Positions 20,756 to 31,096 of a stretch of DNA of 64,000 bases are shown here, one piece after another. Position 1 is the first letter of the stretch. The number at the start of each line of letters is the position of its first letter. The notes below the pieces were generated by a model, which made no database searches, was not told where the DNA came from, and worked only from the letters and a program-made list of their open reading frames with translations. The position numbers and the translations under genes are program-made. Origin of the DNA: a bacterium. GTDB taxonomy: Bacteria > Zixibacteria > MSB-5A5 > GN15 > FEB-12. The stretch lies in assembly GCA_043811375.1 (NCBI GenBank), contig JBDRNJ010000064.1, positions 64,001 to 128,000 on the forward strand, written 5' to 3'.

Positions 20756-21238
20756 ATGGGGCGACTCAGTCACAGCGACAATAGTGGTCGGGCTCGGATG
20801 GTGGATGTCGGCGGCAAGGAGATCACCCGTCGCAGCGCCACCGCCCGAGTATCTGTGCATCTCAACGACGAGGCATTCGCGGCGCTCACGGAAAACCGTT
20901 CCACCAAGGGTGATGTCATGGCTGTGGCTAAGATCGCCGGAATCCAGGCCGCCAAAAAAACTTCGGAGTTGATACCGCTGTGCCATCCCGTGGCGCTAGA
21001 CCAGATCGATCTGGAATTCGTCCTCGACCGGGAACAGAGCACGGTCACGATCAAATCAACCGCGAGGTGTTCCTCGCGAACGGGTGTGGAGATGGAGGTA
21101 CTGACAGCCTGCAGTGTGGCCGCACTCACGGTATATGACATGCTGAAAGCGATTCAGAGGGATATAACCATTACCGACCTGGTACTGCTTGAGAAGAAGG
21201 GTGGGAAATCCGGTGACTTCCTCAAGTCTGATCCATAG
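20756..21238 (+). CDS. moaC: Cyclic pyranopterin monophosphate synthase
   Basis: LSH...ARMVDVGGK; AAKKTSELIPLCH; TGVEME; YDMLKA; KKGGKSG. Confidence 0.95.
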   Translation: MGRLSHSDNSGRARMVDVGGKEITRRSATARVSVHLNDEAFAALTENRSTKGDVMAVAKIAGIQAAKKTSELIPLCHPVALDQIDLEFVLDREQSTVTIKSTARCSSRTGVEMEVLTACSVAALTVYDMLKAIQRDITITDLVLLEKKGGKSGDFLKSDP

Positions 21239-21650
21239 AATATCGGTTTCGAAAGTCAGGGGTGACAAGAAGAACAATGTGGACGAAGCCTTGCTGGCGG
21301 ATGATTGGGGTATCGTGGGCGATGTCCACGCCGGCTCGGAACGCCAGGTATCGCTGCTGCCCTTGGAGTCGTTCGCCAAACTCGACAGCGATCTGATCGA
21401 TATCAATCCCGGTGACTTCGCGGAGAATCTGACAACGACCGGTCTGGATTTCATCGGCGTCACCGTCGGTAATCGGTTGACTGTCGGCGAGGAGATAACT
21501 CTCGAGATTACGCAGATCGGTAAAGAGTGCCATCGCGGGTGCCGCATTCTTGAGATTGTCGGTGATTGTATAATGCCACGCGAAGGCTTGTTCGCAAAGG
21601 TGATCAGGGGAGGAATCATTAAGACTGGTGACTCCATCCGCTGGGACTGA
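21213..21650 (+). CDS. MOSC domain sulfur-carrier protein
   Basis: GDVHAG..RQVSLL; PGDFAENL; QIGKECH..C......C.MPREG. Confidence 0.88.
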   Translation: MTSSSLIHRISVSKVRGDKKNNVDEALLADDWGIVGDVHAGSERQVSLLPLESFAKLDSDLIDINPGDFAENLTTTGLDFIGVTVGNRLTVGEEITLEITQIGKECHRGCRILEIVGDCIMPREGLFAKVIRGGIIKTGDSIRWD

Positions 21651-21651
21651 A

Positions 21652-22164
21652 ATGAAGAATCAAGTCGCGGTCATTGTCGTTTCGGATCGGTGTGCCGCCG
21701 GGGTGCGGGAAGATCGCTGTCTGCCGGTGTTCCGGGACGCTTTTCAGGGGACGAATTTCCGGATGGTTGCCGATACCATCGTGCCCGATGATCCGGCCAG
21801 GATCGAAAAGGCTCTGAGAGAATATATCGGCGCCGGGCACCAGTTGATTTTCACCACCGGCGGCACCGGCTGCGCTCCTCGCGACGTCACTCCGGAAGTC
21901 ACCAGTTCACTACTGGACCGACCCACTCCCGGGCTGGACGAGGCGATTCGTCGTTTCAGCTTCGGGAAATCTCCCCATGCGGTTTTCTCACGAGCCGTCT
22001 CCGGCATTGCCGGTTCATCGTTGGTTGTCAACCTGCCGGGGTCACCCCGGGCAGTGCGAGAGATTCTGGAGTTCATTCTTCCGTTGATCGAGCACCCCTT
22101 GAATCTGATAGCCGGTCGAATCACCGACTGCGCGGAAGAGACACCTTCACATGATCAGTCTTGA
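21652..22164 (+). CDS. mog: Molybdopterin adenylyltransferase (MogA/MoaB family)
   Basis: VIVVSDR; IVPDD; TTGGTG..PRDVTPE; NLPGSP. Confidence 0.9.
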   Translation: MKNQVAVIVVSDRCAAGVREDRCLPVFRDAFQGTNFRMVADTIVPDDPARIEKALREYIGAGHQLIFTTGGTGCAPRDVTPEVTSSLLDRPTPGLDEAIRRFSFGKSPHAVFSRAVSGIAGSSLVVNLPGSPRAVREILEFILPLIEHPLNLIAGRITDCAEETPSHDQS

Positions 22165-23362
22165 AGACGCCCTGAGACTCATAGAAGACAACCTGCCCGA
22201 ATCCGGCCGAACCAGGGTTGCCGTTGAAGACTCCATCGGCTATACGCTCTGCGAAGATATCGTTTCAGATATTGACGTGGTGTCTTTCCGCAACTCAGCC
22301 ATGGACGGATACGCGGTGTGTTCGGGGTGGCTCGCCCGGTGCTCGCGATCCGATCCGGTTACACTGCCTTGTCATGACACCGTGTTTGCCGGTGAATCGG
22401 ATATAGCCGCTTTTCGCGAGGGAATGGTTGTGAAGATTATGACCGGCGCTCCAATTCCGGAAGGATATGACGCGGTGGTGAAGATCGAGGATACCAACGG
22501 CGACAACGGTAACGTCAATTTCCGGGAGCCGATTGAACCCGGCGCCAATGTCCGTCATCCCGGAGCGGACATACAGCGCGGGCAGATGCTGTTTACCGAA
22601 GGACACGTCGTGCGGGTTCTCGACGTCGGAGTCCTGGCCGGCATCGGCCTGACCCGCGTGCCCGTGTATGCCAGACCCTCGGTGTTGGTCGCCACCACCG
22701 GTAACGAACATGTCCTTCCGGGATCACCGCTGGCACGGGGGGAAATCTACAACTCCAATCTGTACACCGTTTCGTCCCTGGTGCGACCGTTTTCTGACGG
22801 CCTGGAAACCATCTCGACCGTCACCGATGACCCGCAGTTACTTCGGGGAGTGCTGCAAAGAAAACACGACGTGATTGTCACCACCGGCGGAGTGTCGGCT
22901 GGCGAACGGGATATGGTGGTTTCCACAGCCGTCGGCGAGGGCTGGTTGTCGGTGTTTCACAAGGTCAGGATCAAGCCGGGTAAACCGGTCTACTTTGCCC
23001 GTAAAGGAAAGCAACTGCTCTTTGGCCTCCCCGGTAACCCCCTGTCGGCTGCCGTTACCTGCGCCATGCTGGTGATTCCGGCTCTCAAGAGGATATGTGG
23101 CCGCACAGATTTGTTCCCCGTTCCCTCGCCGGCCCGACTGGGCAAAACACCGATTCGACAGTGCCGCCGAACCCTGGTCTGGCCGGGCAGACTGCGACGC
23201 GAAACCGACGGGGTGGTGGCTGATTTTTCACCTAAGGAGTTATCACAGTCATTGTCCGCCTTGTTGGGGTCGGACGGTCTGATTATCCAGGGTGCAACGA
23301 CGGATACCGGCAGTTCCCGGCCGGCGATCGGAGTCCTCTGGTGGGATGATCTGCTGCGGTAG
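22151..23362 (+). CDS. moeA: Molybdopterin molybdenumtransferase
   Basis: SAMDGYAV; IMTGAP; TGNE; TTGGVS; KPGKP; LPGNP. Confidence 0.93.
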   Translation: MISLEDALRLIEDNLPESGRTRVAVEDSIGYTLCEDIVSDIDVVSFRNSAMDGYAVCSGWLARCSRSDPVTLPCHDTVFAGESDIAAFREGMVVKIMTGAPIPEGYDAVVKIEDTNGDNGNVNFREPIEPGANVRHPGADIQRGQMLFTEGHVVRVLDVGVLAGIGLTRVPVYARPSVLVATTGNEHVLPGSPLARGEIYNSNLYTVSSLVRPFSDGLETISTVTDDPQLLRGVLQRKHDVIVTTGGVSAGERDMVVSTAVGEGWLSVFHKVRIKPGKPVYFARKGKQLLFGLPGNPLSAAVTCAMLVIPALKRICGRTDLFPVPSPARLGKTPIRQCRRTLVWPGRLRRETDGVVADFSPKELSQSLSALLGSDGLIIQGATTDTGSSRPAIGVLWWDDLLR

Positions 23363-23549
23363 TACGATTGGCTACGGTGCCTTGTGCCGGAGGGCGAAAA
23401 ACAATGGCAACCCCGACCTCACTCTCCCCAAACTCACGTGGAATTCTATCCCAAAACTAATACGGGGTTTTCAATACTTAACGGATGTCGATGAAAGACA
23501 ATCAACTATCGTCAGATTGTATCAGGGAATCAAGGATGCGAATGAGCCG

Positions 23550-24308
23550 CTAAATCAGCGATTTCAGTTTGAGCCATTCTAACGTCTTTCTCAGAAACCG
23601 CAGATCAACCTCAAGCGCCCATACTGCTCCAGGAGCAGACTCTTCAAGTGCGTGACAGACATCAATCATCGGAATGGAGCCTACATCCAGACCCAAGTGC
23701 TCATCATGTTCACCGTAGTTATTGTGCAAGTGGACATATCCGATCTGACCGCCTAGTCGATCTATCCATTTCAGGGGTTTGAGCCTCGAGAAACAGTGGG
23801 CGTGACCGAAGTCCAGACAGATATCAAACCGTGGTTCGCCAATCGCTGCAACAAGATCAGACAGCAGTTCCGGATCTCTGTCCAGATGATTCTCTATATG
23901 AATCTGTATTTTCTCCGGGCTGTTTGACAAGAACGCACTCCAGAAGGCGACAGATCGTTTCAACCAGTTCTTCGGAGAGCTCGTTCCGGGGACGTAGCCG
24001 TGATGAAAAATCATGTGTGAGGTCTCCAAAGTGCTGCCGACTGCCAGGGCCTGGTAAAATCGCTTTAGAGCAAGTTTCCGAACCAGCGGATCAAAGCTGC
24101 CTGGTACCAAATCACTCAAAGGACCATGCATTGACCTTAGCGGAATATTCCTGATTGCGTCGAGGTGAAGTTCTTGACAGCCATCCGGATTCGCCAGGTT
24201 CTTTGGGTCGTGGAATGACTGCATTTCAATGCCATATCCCTCAGTACTGCAAATCGGTGCAACCTTCTCTAAGTCGCAGCCATCACAGATCAACAGAGCT
24301 TTCATCAT
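23550..24308 (-). CDS. Sugar-phosphate isomerase/AP endonuclease 2 family TIM-barrel protein
   Basis: SMHGP; IENH; CLDFGHA; VHLHNN.G..DEH. Confidence 0.85.
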   Translation of the reverse strand: MMKALLICDGCDLEKVAPICSTEGYGIEMQSFHDPKNLANPDGCQELHLDAIRNIPLRSMHGPLSDLVPGSFDPLVRKLALKRFYQALAVGSTLETSHMIFHHGYVPGTSSPKNWLKRSVAFWSAFLSNSPEKIQIHIENHLDRDPELLSDLVAAIGEPRFDICLDFGHAHCFSRLKPLKWIDRLGGQIGYVHLHNNYGEHDEHLGLDVGSIPMIDVCHALEESAPGAVWALEVDLRFLRKTLEWLKLKSLI

Positions 24309-24453
24309 TATCCTCCTGTAAATCCCAACTTGCCGTGGCGTTGAGGCAAAAGACTGACAACATCTCTCACGATATTCGCGACAAAACAGCCCTGATGGTA
24401 CATAAAAGATAACTTCGATTCACGCTGGGGTTTCTTTACATCAATGCTGCGTC

Positions 24454-24478
24454 TATGAGACGAGTTCCGCAACTGGGT
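24454..24478 (+). repeat. att-like direct repeat, copy A
   Basis: GAGACGAGTTCCGCAACTGGGT (24457-24478) is identical to 63528-63549. Confidence 0.8.
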
Positions 24479-24700
24479 GATGGAGAACGCAGCGTGAAAA
24501 TACGGCCCCGGCCTTACTCTCAGAATACTGTTGTGAGCTTTGAATTATCAATGCGTATGCACTACGGGATAATAGGTGGATGTCGTTGTAAAGAAATCAA
24601 GTGCAAGCAGACAAGCAACCAGAACCAGAATACAGTACGGAAACCAAAAGACAGGTTGAGCTTAAGCTTCTCCCTGGATATCGATCGAGAGTAATAAATA

Positions 24701-24961
24701 TTACGTTACATTCACAATCACAGCAATTATCGTGAATATGATTATTATTAAACTCCAGAGTTTCCAGCCGCCGGATTTTTCAGGTTTTTTTATCGATCTG
24801 CTGATTAAATAAAGGATAACAAAATAGCTTGGACTGTTTGATATTAATGAATCAACTTCAATATGCAGTATCTTCTTAAATAATACCGCCATTCCAACTA
24901 TACAAAAACCAGCTACTAAGGCAACTTTGATTTCATTAGACTTAAAGAAGCTTTTAAGCAT
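24701..24961 (-). CDS. Small membrane protein in an AT-rich patch
   Basis: Three hydrophobic stretches; AAGGA upstream. Confidence 0.55.
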   Translation of the reverse strand: MLKSFFKSNEIKVALVAGFCIVGMAVLFKKILHIEVDSLISNSPSYFVILYLISRSIKKPEKSGGWKLWSLIIIIFTIIAVIVNVT

Positions 24962-25134
24962 ATTCAGTTATCCTTATTACATGAAGCCCAATTCAGGCTG
25001 TGAAATTCAGTGTAAACTCTATAATTTCTCATTTTACAAATATAGCAAGATACAATGTTATAACAAGCCAAGATCTCTACTTATGAATTGTCTACTTGAC
25101 AAGGAAGTTCACCCTACTTAGTGGCGTTGCCACG

Positions 25135-28100
25135 TTACAGCTTTCTGGCCTTCACCAGATAGAACAGCACCGGAACAATGATGAGAGTCAGGACGGTTGA
25201 CGACACTAACCCACCAACCATCGGGGCCGCGATACGTTGCATCACTTCCGATCCGGTACCGTGACCGAGCATGATCGGCAGCAACGCCAGTATGGTGGTG
25301 GCTACTGTCATCAGCTTGGGACGGACTCGTTCGACGGCGCCCTCCATGACGGCCTCTTGCAGATCGGTCAGCGAATTCAGACGCCTCTGCTCCCGGTACC
25401 TTCTGACTGCTTCCTCCAGGTAGACCAGCATGACTACTCCGGTTTCTGCCGCCAAGCCGGCCAGAGCGATGAAACCGACATACACCGCCACGGAAGTGTT
25501 GAACCCGTACAGATAGAAGAACCATATACCTCCGACCAGTGCGAACGGCAGCGACAGGATCACGATCAGGCAGTCGGTCAGATTCTTGAAGTGCAGGTAC
25601 AACAGCAGGAATATGACAAACAATGTCAGCGGCACAATGACCCTCAGCTTCTCGGCTACCGCTTGCATGTTTTCATACTGTCCCGACCACAGGATACTGT
25701 AACCGACCGGAAGCGTTACTGACGCCTCGACTTCCCGGCGTGCGGTCGCGACATAGGTGCCGACATCGATGTCCTTCAGATCAACAAACACCCATGCGGT
25801 TGGTCGGGCGTTCTCGGACTTGATCATAGCAGCACCCTTGCTGAATCCGAGTGTCGCAATCTGGCCCAGCGGAACGTTGCCGCCGCCCGGCGTCGGAATC
25901 AGAACTCGGCGCATGGCTTCGGGGTTGTCCCGAAGCTCGCGGGGGTAGCGGACGTTGATCGGGTATCGTTCGCGACCTTCGACTGTCGAGGTGAAACTCA
26001 TGCCGCCGATTGCAGTTTTGATAACATCCTGGACATCAGCTACAGTGAGGCCAAGAGCCGCCGCCTTGAAGCGGTCGATATCCACGTCCAGGTAGTTACC
26101 TCCGGTGACACGTTCAGCATAGGCTGACCTGGTTCCGGGCAGTGGTTTCACTGCCGTTTCGATGCGCTGCGCAATCGCGGTCAGGCTGTCCAGGTCAGGC
26201 CCCATTACCTTGATGCCGATCGGTGTTTTGATACCCGTCGCAAGCATGTCAATTCTGGTTTTGATGGGCATTGTCCAGGCGTTGGTGAGTCCTGGGAACT
26301 GGATGGCCATGTCCAGCGAATCGACCAGCATTTCCGGTGTCAGTCCGAGACGCCATTGATCTATCGGCTTGAGCATGATGGTTGTCTCCAGCATCGTAAG
26401 GGGCGCCGGATCAGTAGCAGTCTGGGCGCGACCTGCCTTACCGAACACCCGTTCGACTTCCGGAAACGACTTAATGATGCGATCGGTCTGTTGAAGCAGT
26501 TCCCTGGCCTTGCCTACCGAGATGCCGGGCAGGGTGGTTGGCATGTAAAGCAAATCACCTTCATACAACGGCGGCATAAATTCGGACCCGATGCGGCTTA
26601 GCGGTATGAACGTGACAGCCATGATTACAATGGTTGCAAGAATGACAATAAGTTTATGTCTCAGGGCAAAGCTGATGATCGGTCGATATAACGCGATGCT
26701 TACGCGGGAGATGGGATTACGGCTCTCCGGCCGTATCTTCCCTCTCATAAACAGTGCGATGAGAGCTGGTATCAACGTGATTGAGAGAAGGGCCGAGGCG
26801 GCCATCGCAAAAGTCTTTGTGTAGGCCAGGGGCTTAAACAGGCGGCCGGACTGACCCTCCAGCGCCAGCACCGGCAGGAAAGAGACCGTGATGATCAGTA
26901 GCGAGAAGAATAGCGCCGGGCCGACTTCCCGGGCGGAATCAAGCACAATCTGAAGGCGTGGTTTCTTGTCGCGATCGCGCTCCAGATGTTTGTGGGCATT
27001 CTCCACCATCACCAGTGAAGCATCGACCATGACTCCAATGGCAATGGCGATTCCTCCCAGCGACATGATGTTGGCGTTGATACCCATTAGATGCATGACC
27101 AGCAGGGACAACAGTACACCGGTGGGAAGGGTTACCATGGCGATGAGTGTCGAACGGACATGCAACAGGAAAAGAAGCGTGATCAGCATGACCACAATCA
27201 TTTCTTTGACGAGCGTGTTGCGCAGGTTGCCGACAGCAGCGTCAATCAGTTGGGAGCGATCATAGACAGGGACAATCGTCACCCCGTCTGGGAGTCCGGC
27301 TGAAAGTTCCGATAGTTTCTGCTTCACGCGTCCGATCACCTCGCGGGCGTTGTCTCCCCAGCGTATGACAACGATTCCACCAACGGTCTCGCCCTCACCA
27401 TCAAGTTCCGCAACCCCGCGACGAATCTCTGGACCGAACTGAATGTTGGCTACTGACGACAACAAAACGGGTGGGCCGTCTTTGGGCGAGTGTATGGGAA
27501 CGTTCCGCAGGTCTTCGAGATCACCGACATACGCCTGGCTGCGCACCATGAACTCTGTCTCGGCCAATTCCAGCAGCCGTCCTCCGACTGCGCCGGTGGA
27601 CCGCTTGACAGCCATGATGATATGCTTGAGAGGGATACCATAGAACTCCAGTTTGCGAGGATCGACCTCAATCTGGTACTGGCGTACGAAACCGCCCACC
27701 GATGCGACTTCCGACACACCGGGTACGGAAGACAGTTCGTATTTCAGAAACCAGTCCTGTATCGAACGAAGTTCGGCAAGGTCATGTTGATTGGTAGTAT
27801 CAACCAGTGCATACTGGTAGACCCAGCCTACCCCGGTCGCATCGGGGCCGAGTTGGGGAGATGCGTCCCCGGGAAGTCGCCCGGATACCTGCGAGAGGTA
27901 TTCAAGAACGCGGCTTCGTGCCCAGTAAATGTCGGTACCGTCTTCAAAGATGACATAGACAAACGACAGCCCGAAGTATGAGAATCCTCGCACGTTCTTT
28001 GCCTTGGGTACGGCCAGAAGCGCGGTGGACAAGGGATAGGTCACCTGGTCCTCGACAACCTGCGGTGGTTGCCCCGGGTACTCGGTCTGGACAATGATCT

Positions 28101-28236
28101 GGACATCCGATAGATCGGGGATGGCATCGACCGCAATTTCACCCGCGGCATATATCCCGGCCAACAGCAAAACCGTCGTGATCGCCAGAACCATCCAGCG
28201 GTTATTGATCGAGTACTCGATAATCTTACTGGTCAT
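25135..28236 (-). CDS. cusA: CusA-type heavy-metal (Cu/Ag) RND efflux permease
   Basis: DAIPDLSDVQ; NIMSLGGIAIAIGVMVD; Met-containing EFMPPL, PLTMLET and RIDMLATG segments typical of CusA. Confidence 0.93.
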   Translation of the reverse strand: MTSKIIEYSINNRWMVLAITTVLLLAGIYAAGEIAVDAIPDLSDVQIIVQTEYPGQPPQVVEDQVTYPLSTALLAVPKAKNVRGFSYFGLSFVYVIFEDGTDIYWARSRVLEYLSQVSGRLPGDASPQLGPDATGVGWVYQYALVDTTNQHDLAELRSIQDWFLKYELSSVPGVSEVASVGGFVRQYQIEVDPRKLEFYGIPLKHIIMAVKRSTGAVGGRLLELAETEFMVRSQAYVGDLEDLRNVPIHSPKDGPPVLLSSVANIQFGPEIRRGVAELDGEGETVGGIVVIRWGDNAREVIGRVKQKLSELSAGLPDGVTIVPVYDRSQLIDAAVGNLRNTLVKEMIVVMLITLLFLLHVRSTLIAMVTLPTGVLLSLLVMHLMGINANIMSLGGIAIAIGVMVDASLVMVENAHKHLERDRDKKPRLQIVLDSAREVGPALFFSLLIITVSFLPVLALEGQSGRLFKPLAYTKTFAMAASALLSITLIPALIALFMRGKIRPESRNPISRVSIALYRPIISFALRHKLIVILATIVIMAVTFIPLSRIGSEFMPPLYEGDLLYMPTTLPGISVGKARELLQQTDRIIKSFPEVERVFGKAGRAQTATDPAPLTMLETTIMLKPIDQWRLGLTPEMLVDSLDMAIQFPGLTNAWTMPIKTRIDMLATGIKTPIGIKVMGPDLDSLTAIAQRIETAVKPLPGTRSAYAERVTGGNYLDVDIDRFKAAALGLTVADVQDVIKTAIGGMSFTSTVEGRERYPINVRYPRELRDNPEAMRRVLIPTPGGGNVPLGQIATLGFSKGAAMIKSENARPTAWVFVDLKDIDVGTYVATARREVEASVTLPVGYSILWSGQYENMQAVAEKLRVIVPLTLFVIFLLLYLHFKNLTDCLIVILSLPFALVGGIWFFYLYGFNTSVAVYVGFIALAGLAAETGVVMLVYLEEAVRRYREQRRLNSLTDLQEAVMEGAVERVRPKLMTVATTILALLPIMLGHGTGSEVMQRIAAPMVGGLVSSTVLTLIIVPVLFYLVKARKL

Positions 28237-29749
28237 GGTTTTCCTCCGGCTGGTACCTGACCAGGTTCATACCACACACTGGACATTCACCCTTGTGATC
28301 CTGGGTTACCCCACATTCGGTCATAGGGCAGACATAGACCTGATGATTGTCGGTTTCGGACAGGGGTACCAGCTTCATCCCGCACTCAGAGCAGTTACCT
28401 TCTCCGTATTGAAAAACGTTGTAATGTTCGGGCATCGGACAGGTGTAGATGTCGTGGCCGCCGGTGGCGACAAACTCGTCAGAGTCAGGTTCGGGTGAGG
28501 CGCTGACCTGTTTGTGATCGGTATCGTGTTCTTCATGAGTGTTTCCGTGATCGTGTCCGGCCTGGTATCCTTCGGTGAGGGCTTCGCCCAGGCGTGATTC
28601 ACTGTCCAGCAGGAACTGTCCTGATGTCACCACCAGTTCGTTTTCAGAGAGCCCGGAGAGGACGGCGATGTTATCATCATCTCCCACTGCTCCCGTCACG
28701 ATAACTCTCGGCTCGTAGACATCATCACCCGATGCGACATACACCAACTGTCGGACCCCGGAATTGATGACGGCAGATCTGGGGATTACCAGTCGGTTGC
28801 CCTCAAGATGGGACGCAATCGAGACCTCGGCATACATCTCAGGCATAAGTCGATAGTCGCTGTTGTCGATATCGAGGCGTATTTCCACTTGGCCGTGAGT
28901 ATCGAGAAAGGGAGATATGTACGAAATCGTCGAAGTGATCTCTCTGGCTCCTGTGTTCGGCAGTACAATACTCGTCCGTTGGTCAACATGAACGAACGGG
29001 ACGTCCTGCTCATAGATGTGAGCCACCACCCATACGGTCGAAAGATCAGTGATTTCATACAGTTCGGCTCCCGGCTTGAGATGGTCACCTTCGGAGACAT
29101 TCTTGGAGATCACTACGCCGTTGGCGGGGGCGTGGATTGTCATAGTGCGGGTAATCTCGCCGGAAGATTTAAGACGCTCGATCTGGTCTTCGGAGATGTC
29201 CCAGTTGGACAATCGGCGGCGAGCCGCTCTTATCAGGTCGGATGCAGACTCTCCTGATTTGACTGCTATCAGATATTCTCTCTGGGCGGCCACAAGAGCT
29301 GGAGAGTACAGTTCCAGAAGTGGTTGTCCCTGATAGACTTTCTGGCCTTCGTGATCGACAAAGAGCCGTTCCACCCAACCGTCGATCTTGAGATTGACGG
29401 TGTGCCTGTTTGGCTCGGCAATGACAACCTCGCCGAACGCATGCACCATCCTGCTGAGCGTGCCATATTCAGCCGGTGCCGTTACAAGTCCCATGTTCTG
29501 CCTGGTGACCGGATCAATCGTGACTGATCCTGCCGCACCGGCGCCCGTTTTCTTGGGCGTCAGTTTCATCCCGCAGATCGGGCAGTATCCCGGTTCATCG
29601 GAGATAATCTCCGGGTGCATACCGCATGTGTACTGTTGGACTTCGGCACTCTCACCAGACGACAGTTGATCCTCGCCGTGCGGCATGATGAGATATGCGA
29701 GGCCGAATCCTGCGGCCAAAGCTGCTATTATGATTATTGCTGTTTTCAT
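28226..29749 (-). CDS. cusB: CusB-like periplasmic adaptor with three heavy-metal-binding domains
   Basis: YTCGMHP..CPICGM; SGQFLLDSES; His-rich linker; YTCPMPEH..CSECGM; YVCPM..CPVCGM. Confidence 0.9.
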   Translation of the reverse strand: MKTAIIIIAALAAGFGLAYLIMPHGEDQLSSGESAEVQQYTCGMHPEIISDEPGYCPICGMKLTPKKTGAGAAGSVTIDPVTRQNMGLVTAPAEYGTLSRMVHAFGEVVIAEPNRHTVNLKIDGWVERLFVDHEGQKVYQGQPLLELYSPALVAAQREYLIAVKSGESASDLIRAARRRLSNWDISEDQIERLKSSGEITRTMTIHAPANGVVISKNVSEGDHLKPGAELYEITDLSTVWVVAHIYEQDVPFVHVDQRTSIVLPNTGAREITSTISYISPFLDTHGQVEIRLDIDNSDYRLMPEMYAEVSIASHLEGNRLVIPRSAVINSGVRQLVYVASGDDVYEPRVIVTGAVGDDDNIAVLSGLSENELVVTSGQFLLDSESRLGEALTEGYQAGHDHGNTHEEHDTDHKQVSASPEPDSDEFVATGGHDIYTCPMPEHYNVFQYGEGNCSECGMKLVPLSETDNHQVYVCPMTECGVTQDHKGECPVCGMNLVRYQPEENHDQ

Positions 29750-31017
29750 CTTGACGCCTCCTGGGCATCGGACGCCAGTTCACGAAGTGCTGCCGTCTGC
29801 TGATGGTACTGTTTGAGAAGTTCAAGTCTTTCCAACTCGACATTCATTACGTCCAGTTGAGCTGAGAGGAAGCCGTTGAAATCAACCTGACCGACTTCGT
29901 AAGCGACCTGCGCAGCTTCGCCGGCTGCTTGTGCCTGAGGAAGGATTGTCAGTTCGTATTGCTCAACGCGTTCTCGCAAGGACTGTAAAACCAGCACGAT
30001 ATCTGCAACCTTTCGCTCGACACTGTTGATAATCGCGTGTTCGTCGGCCTGTGCCGCCAGATACGATTGCCTTGCGGCTGCCGTCTGATTTCTCTGACGT
30101 GTGAAAAACCAGACCGGCAGGTTCATGCCAATCTTGAATGACAGGAAATCCTCACCGGAAACGGCGTCCATGGGGATATCCTTCCGAATACGATAATCGA
30201 CTCCAACTGTCAGGTTGGGCCAGTATTCGGATTTTGCCAGGTCCACCTTCCGTTTCGCCACCGCGGAACCTATTGACGCCCTCGCGAAGATAGGGTTAGA
30301 CAATTCAGCGGGTATTTCAACATATTCCTGCGGAATCGGCGGGAGTACATGTGTTAATGAAGCGTCGATTGTCCCGGGATTGTCGGTAAGCCGGGCGAGC
30401 TGAACCAGTGCTGAGGAAGCTTTTTGCCGGGCCATTAGTATGCGGTTTTCGATTCTCGCTTTGGATGTTTCTGAACGAAGGACATCCTGCAATGAGCCGT
30501 CACCATTGGAATATCTGGTCTGAGCGACCTGGATGATATTCTCGACAAGCTGCATACTCTCGGTAAGAACAGTTTCGACCAAAGTCTGGTGAGAGTAGTC
30601 GTAATAGTAATGCACCACCTGTCGGATGATGTTGTTCCTTCGAGCGGCCAGGTCCGTAGCCTTGATATCAGAATCCAGCCGGGCGATATCGGCCTTGGCA
30701 GACAATTTCCCGGGCCATGGAACACTCTGAGACAAACCGAGCGACACACCGCTCATGGGGGTTTCGTCGAAACTCATCGATGTTCGCGGTAGATTGAGAA
30801 TTGCCGCCGAAAGTTTTGGGTCCGGCAGCCAACCGGCGAAATTGGCCCCGTATTCGGCCGCGCTGTGTCTGTATTCAGCAGCATGAATCGCCGGATGGCG
30901 CTCCAGCGCAACCATGATCAGAGAGTCAAGTGTATGATTATCGCTGATATCATCCGCCCAGCCTGTCGGCGCCAGTGCCAGGCAGACCACAAAACAGACT
31001 ATTGTATTCTTATCCAC
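29746..31017 (-). CDS. TolC-family outer membrane efflux protein
   Basis: Signal peptide; LPDPKL..SQSVPWPGK; duplicated OEP pattern; precedes cusBA. Confidence 0.9.
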   Translation of the reverse strand: MDKNTIVCFVVCLALAPTGWADDISDNHTLDSLIMVALERHPAIHAAEYRHSAAEYGANFAGWLPDPKLSAAILNLPRTSMSFDETPMSGVSLGLSQSVPWPGKLSAKADIARLDSDIKATDLAARRNNIIRQVVHYYYDYSHQTLVETVLTESMQLVENIIQVAQTRYSNGDGSLQDVLRSETSKARIENRILMARQKASSALVQLARLTDNPGTIDASLTHVLPPIPQEYVEIPAELSNPIFARASIGSAVAKRKVDLAKSEYWPNLTVGVDYRIRKDIPMDAVSGEDFLSFKIGMNLPVWFFTRQRNQTAAARQSYLAAQADEHAIINSVERKVADIVLVLQSLRERVEQYELTILPQAQAAGEAAQVAYEVGQVDFNGFLSAQLDVMNVELERLELLKQYHQQTAALRELASDAQEASR

Positions 31018-31053
31018 TATACAGACTCCATCATTGGTTGGAGGTTACAAAAG

Positions 31054-31072
31054 TGGGGTATAATATACCCCA
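31054..31072. promoter_or_regulatory. Perfect palindrome between the leader ORF and tolC (attenuator hairpin or operator)
   Basis: TGGGGTATA-A-TATACCCCA, followed on the coding (-) strand by CTTTT. Confidence 0.5.
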
Positions 31073-31096
31073 GGGAACGATCTAAGAAAAGGATTA

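Noticed and set aside
23390..23520. Possible further recombinase tail (TLPKLTWNSIPKLIRGFQYL)
   Set aside because: Resemblance is by eye only and it lacks the GACGAGTT core; too weak to call
24444..24497. In-frame TGA (MLRL*DEFRNW) as possible selenocysteine
   Set aside because: The matching repeat has CGA at this position, so it is better explained as a C-to-T decay mutation; there is no redox motif context
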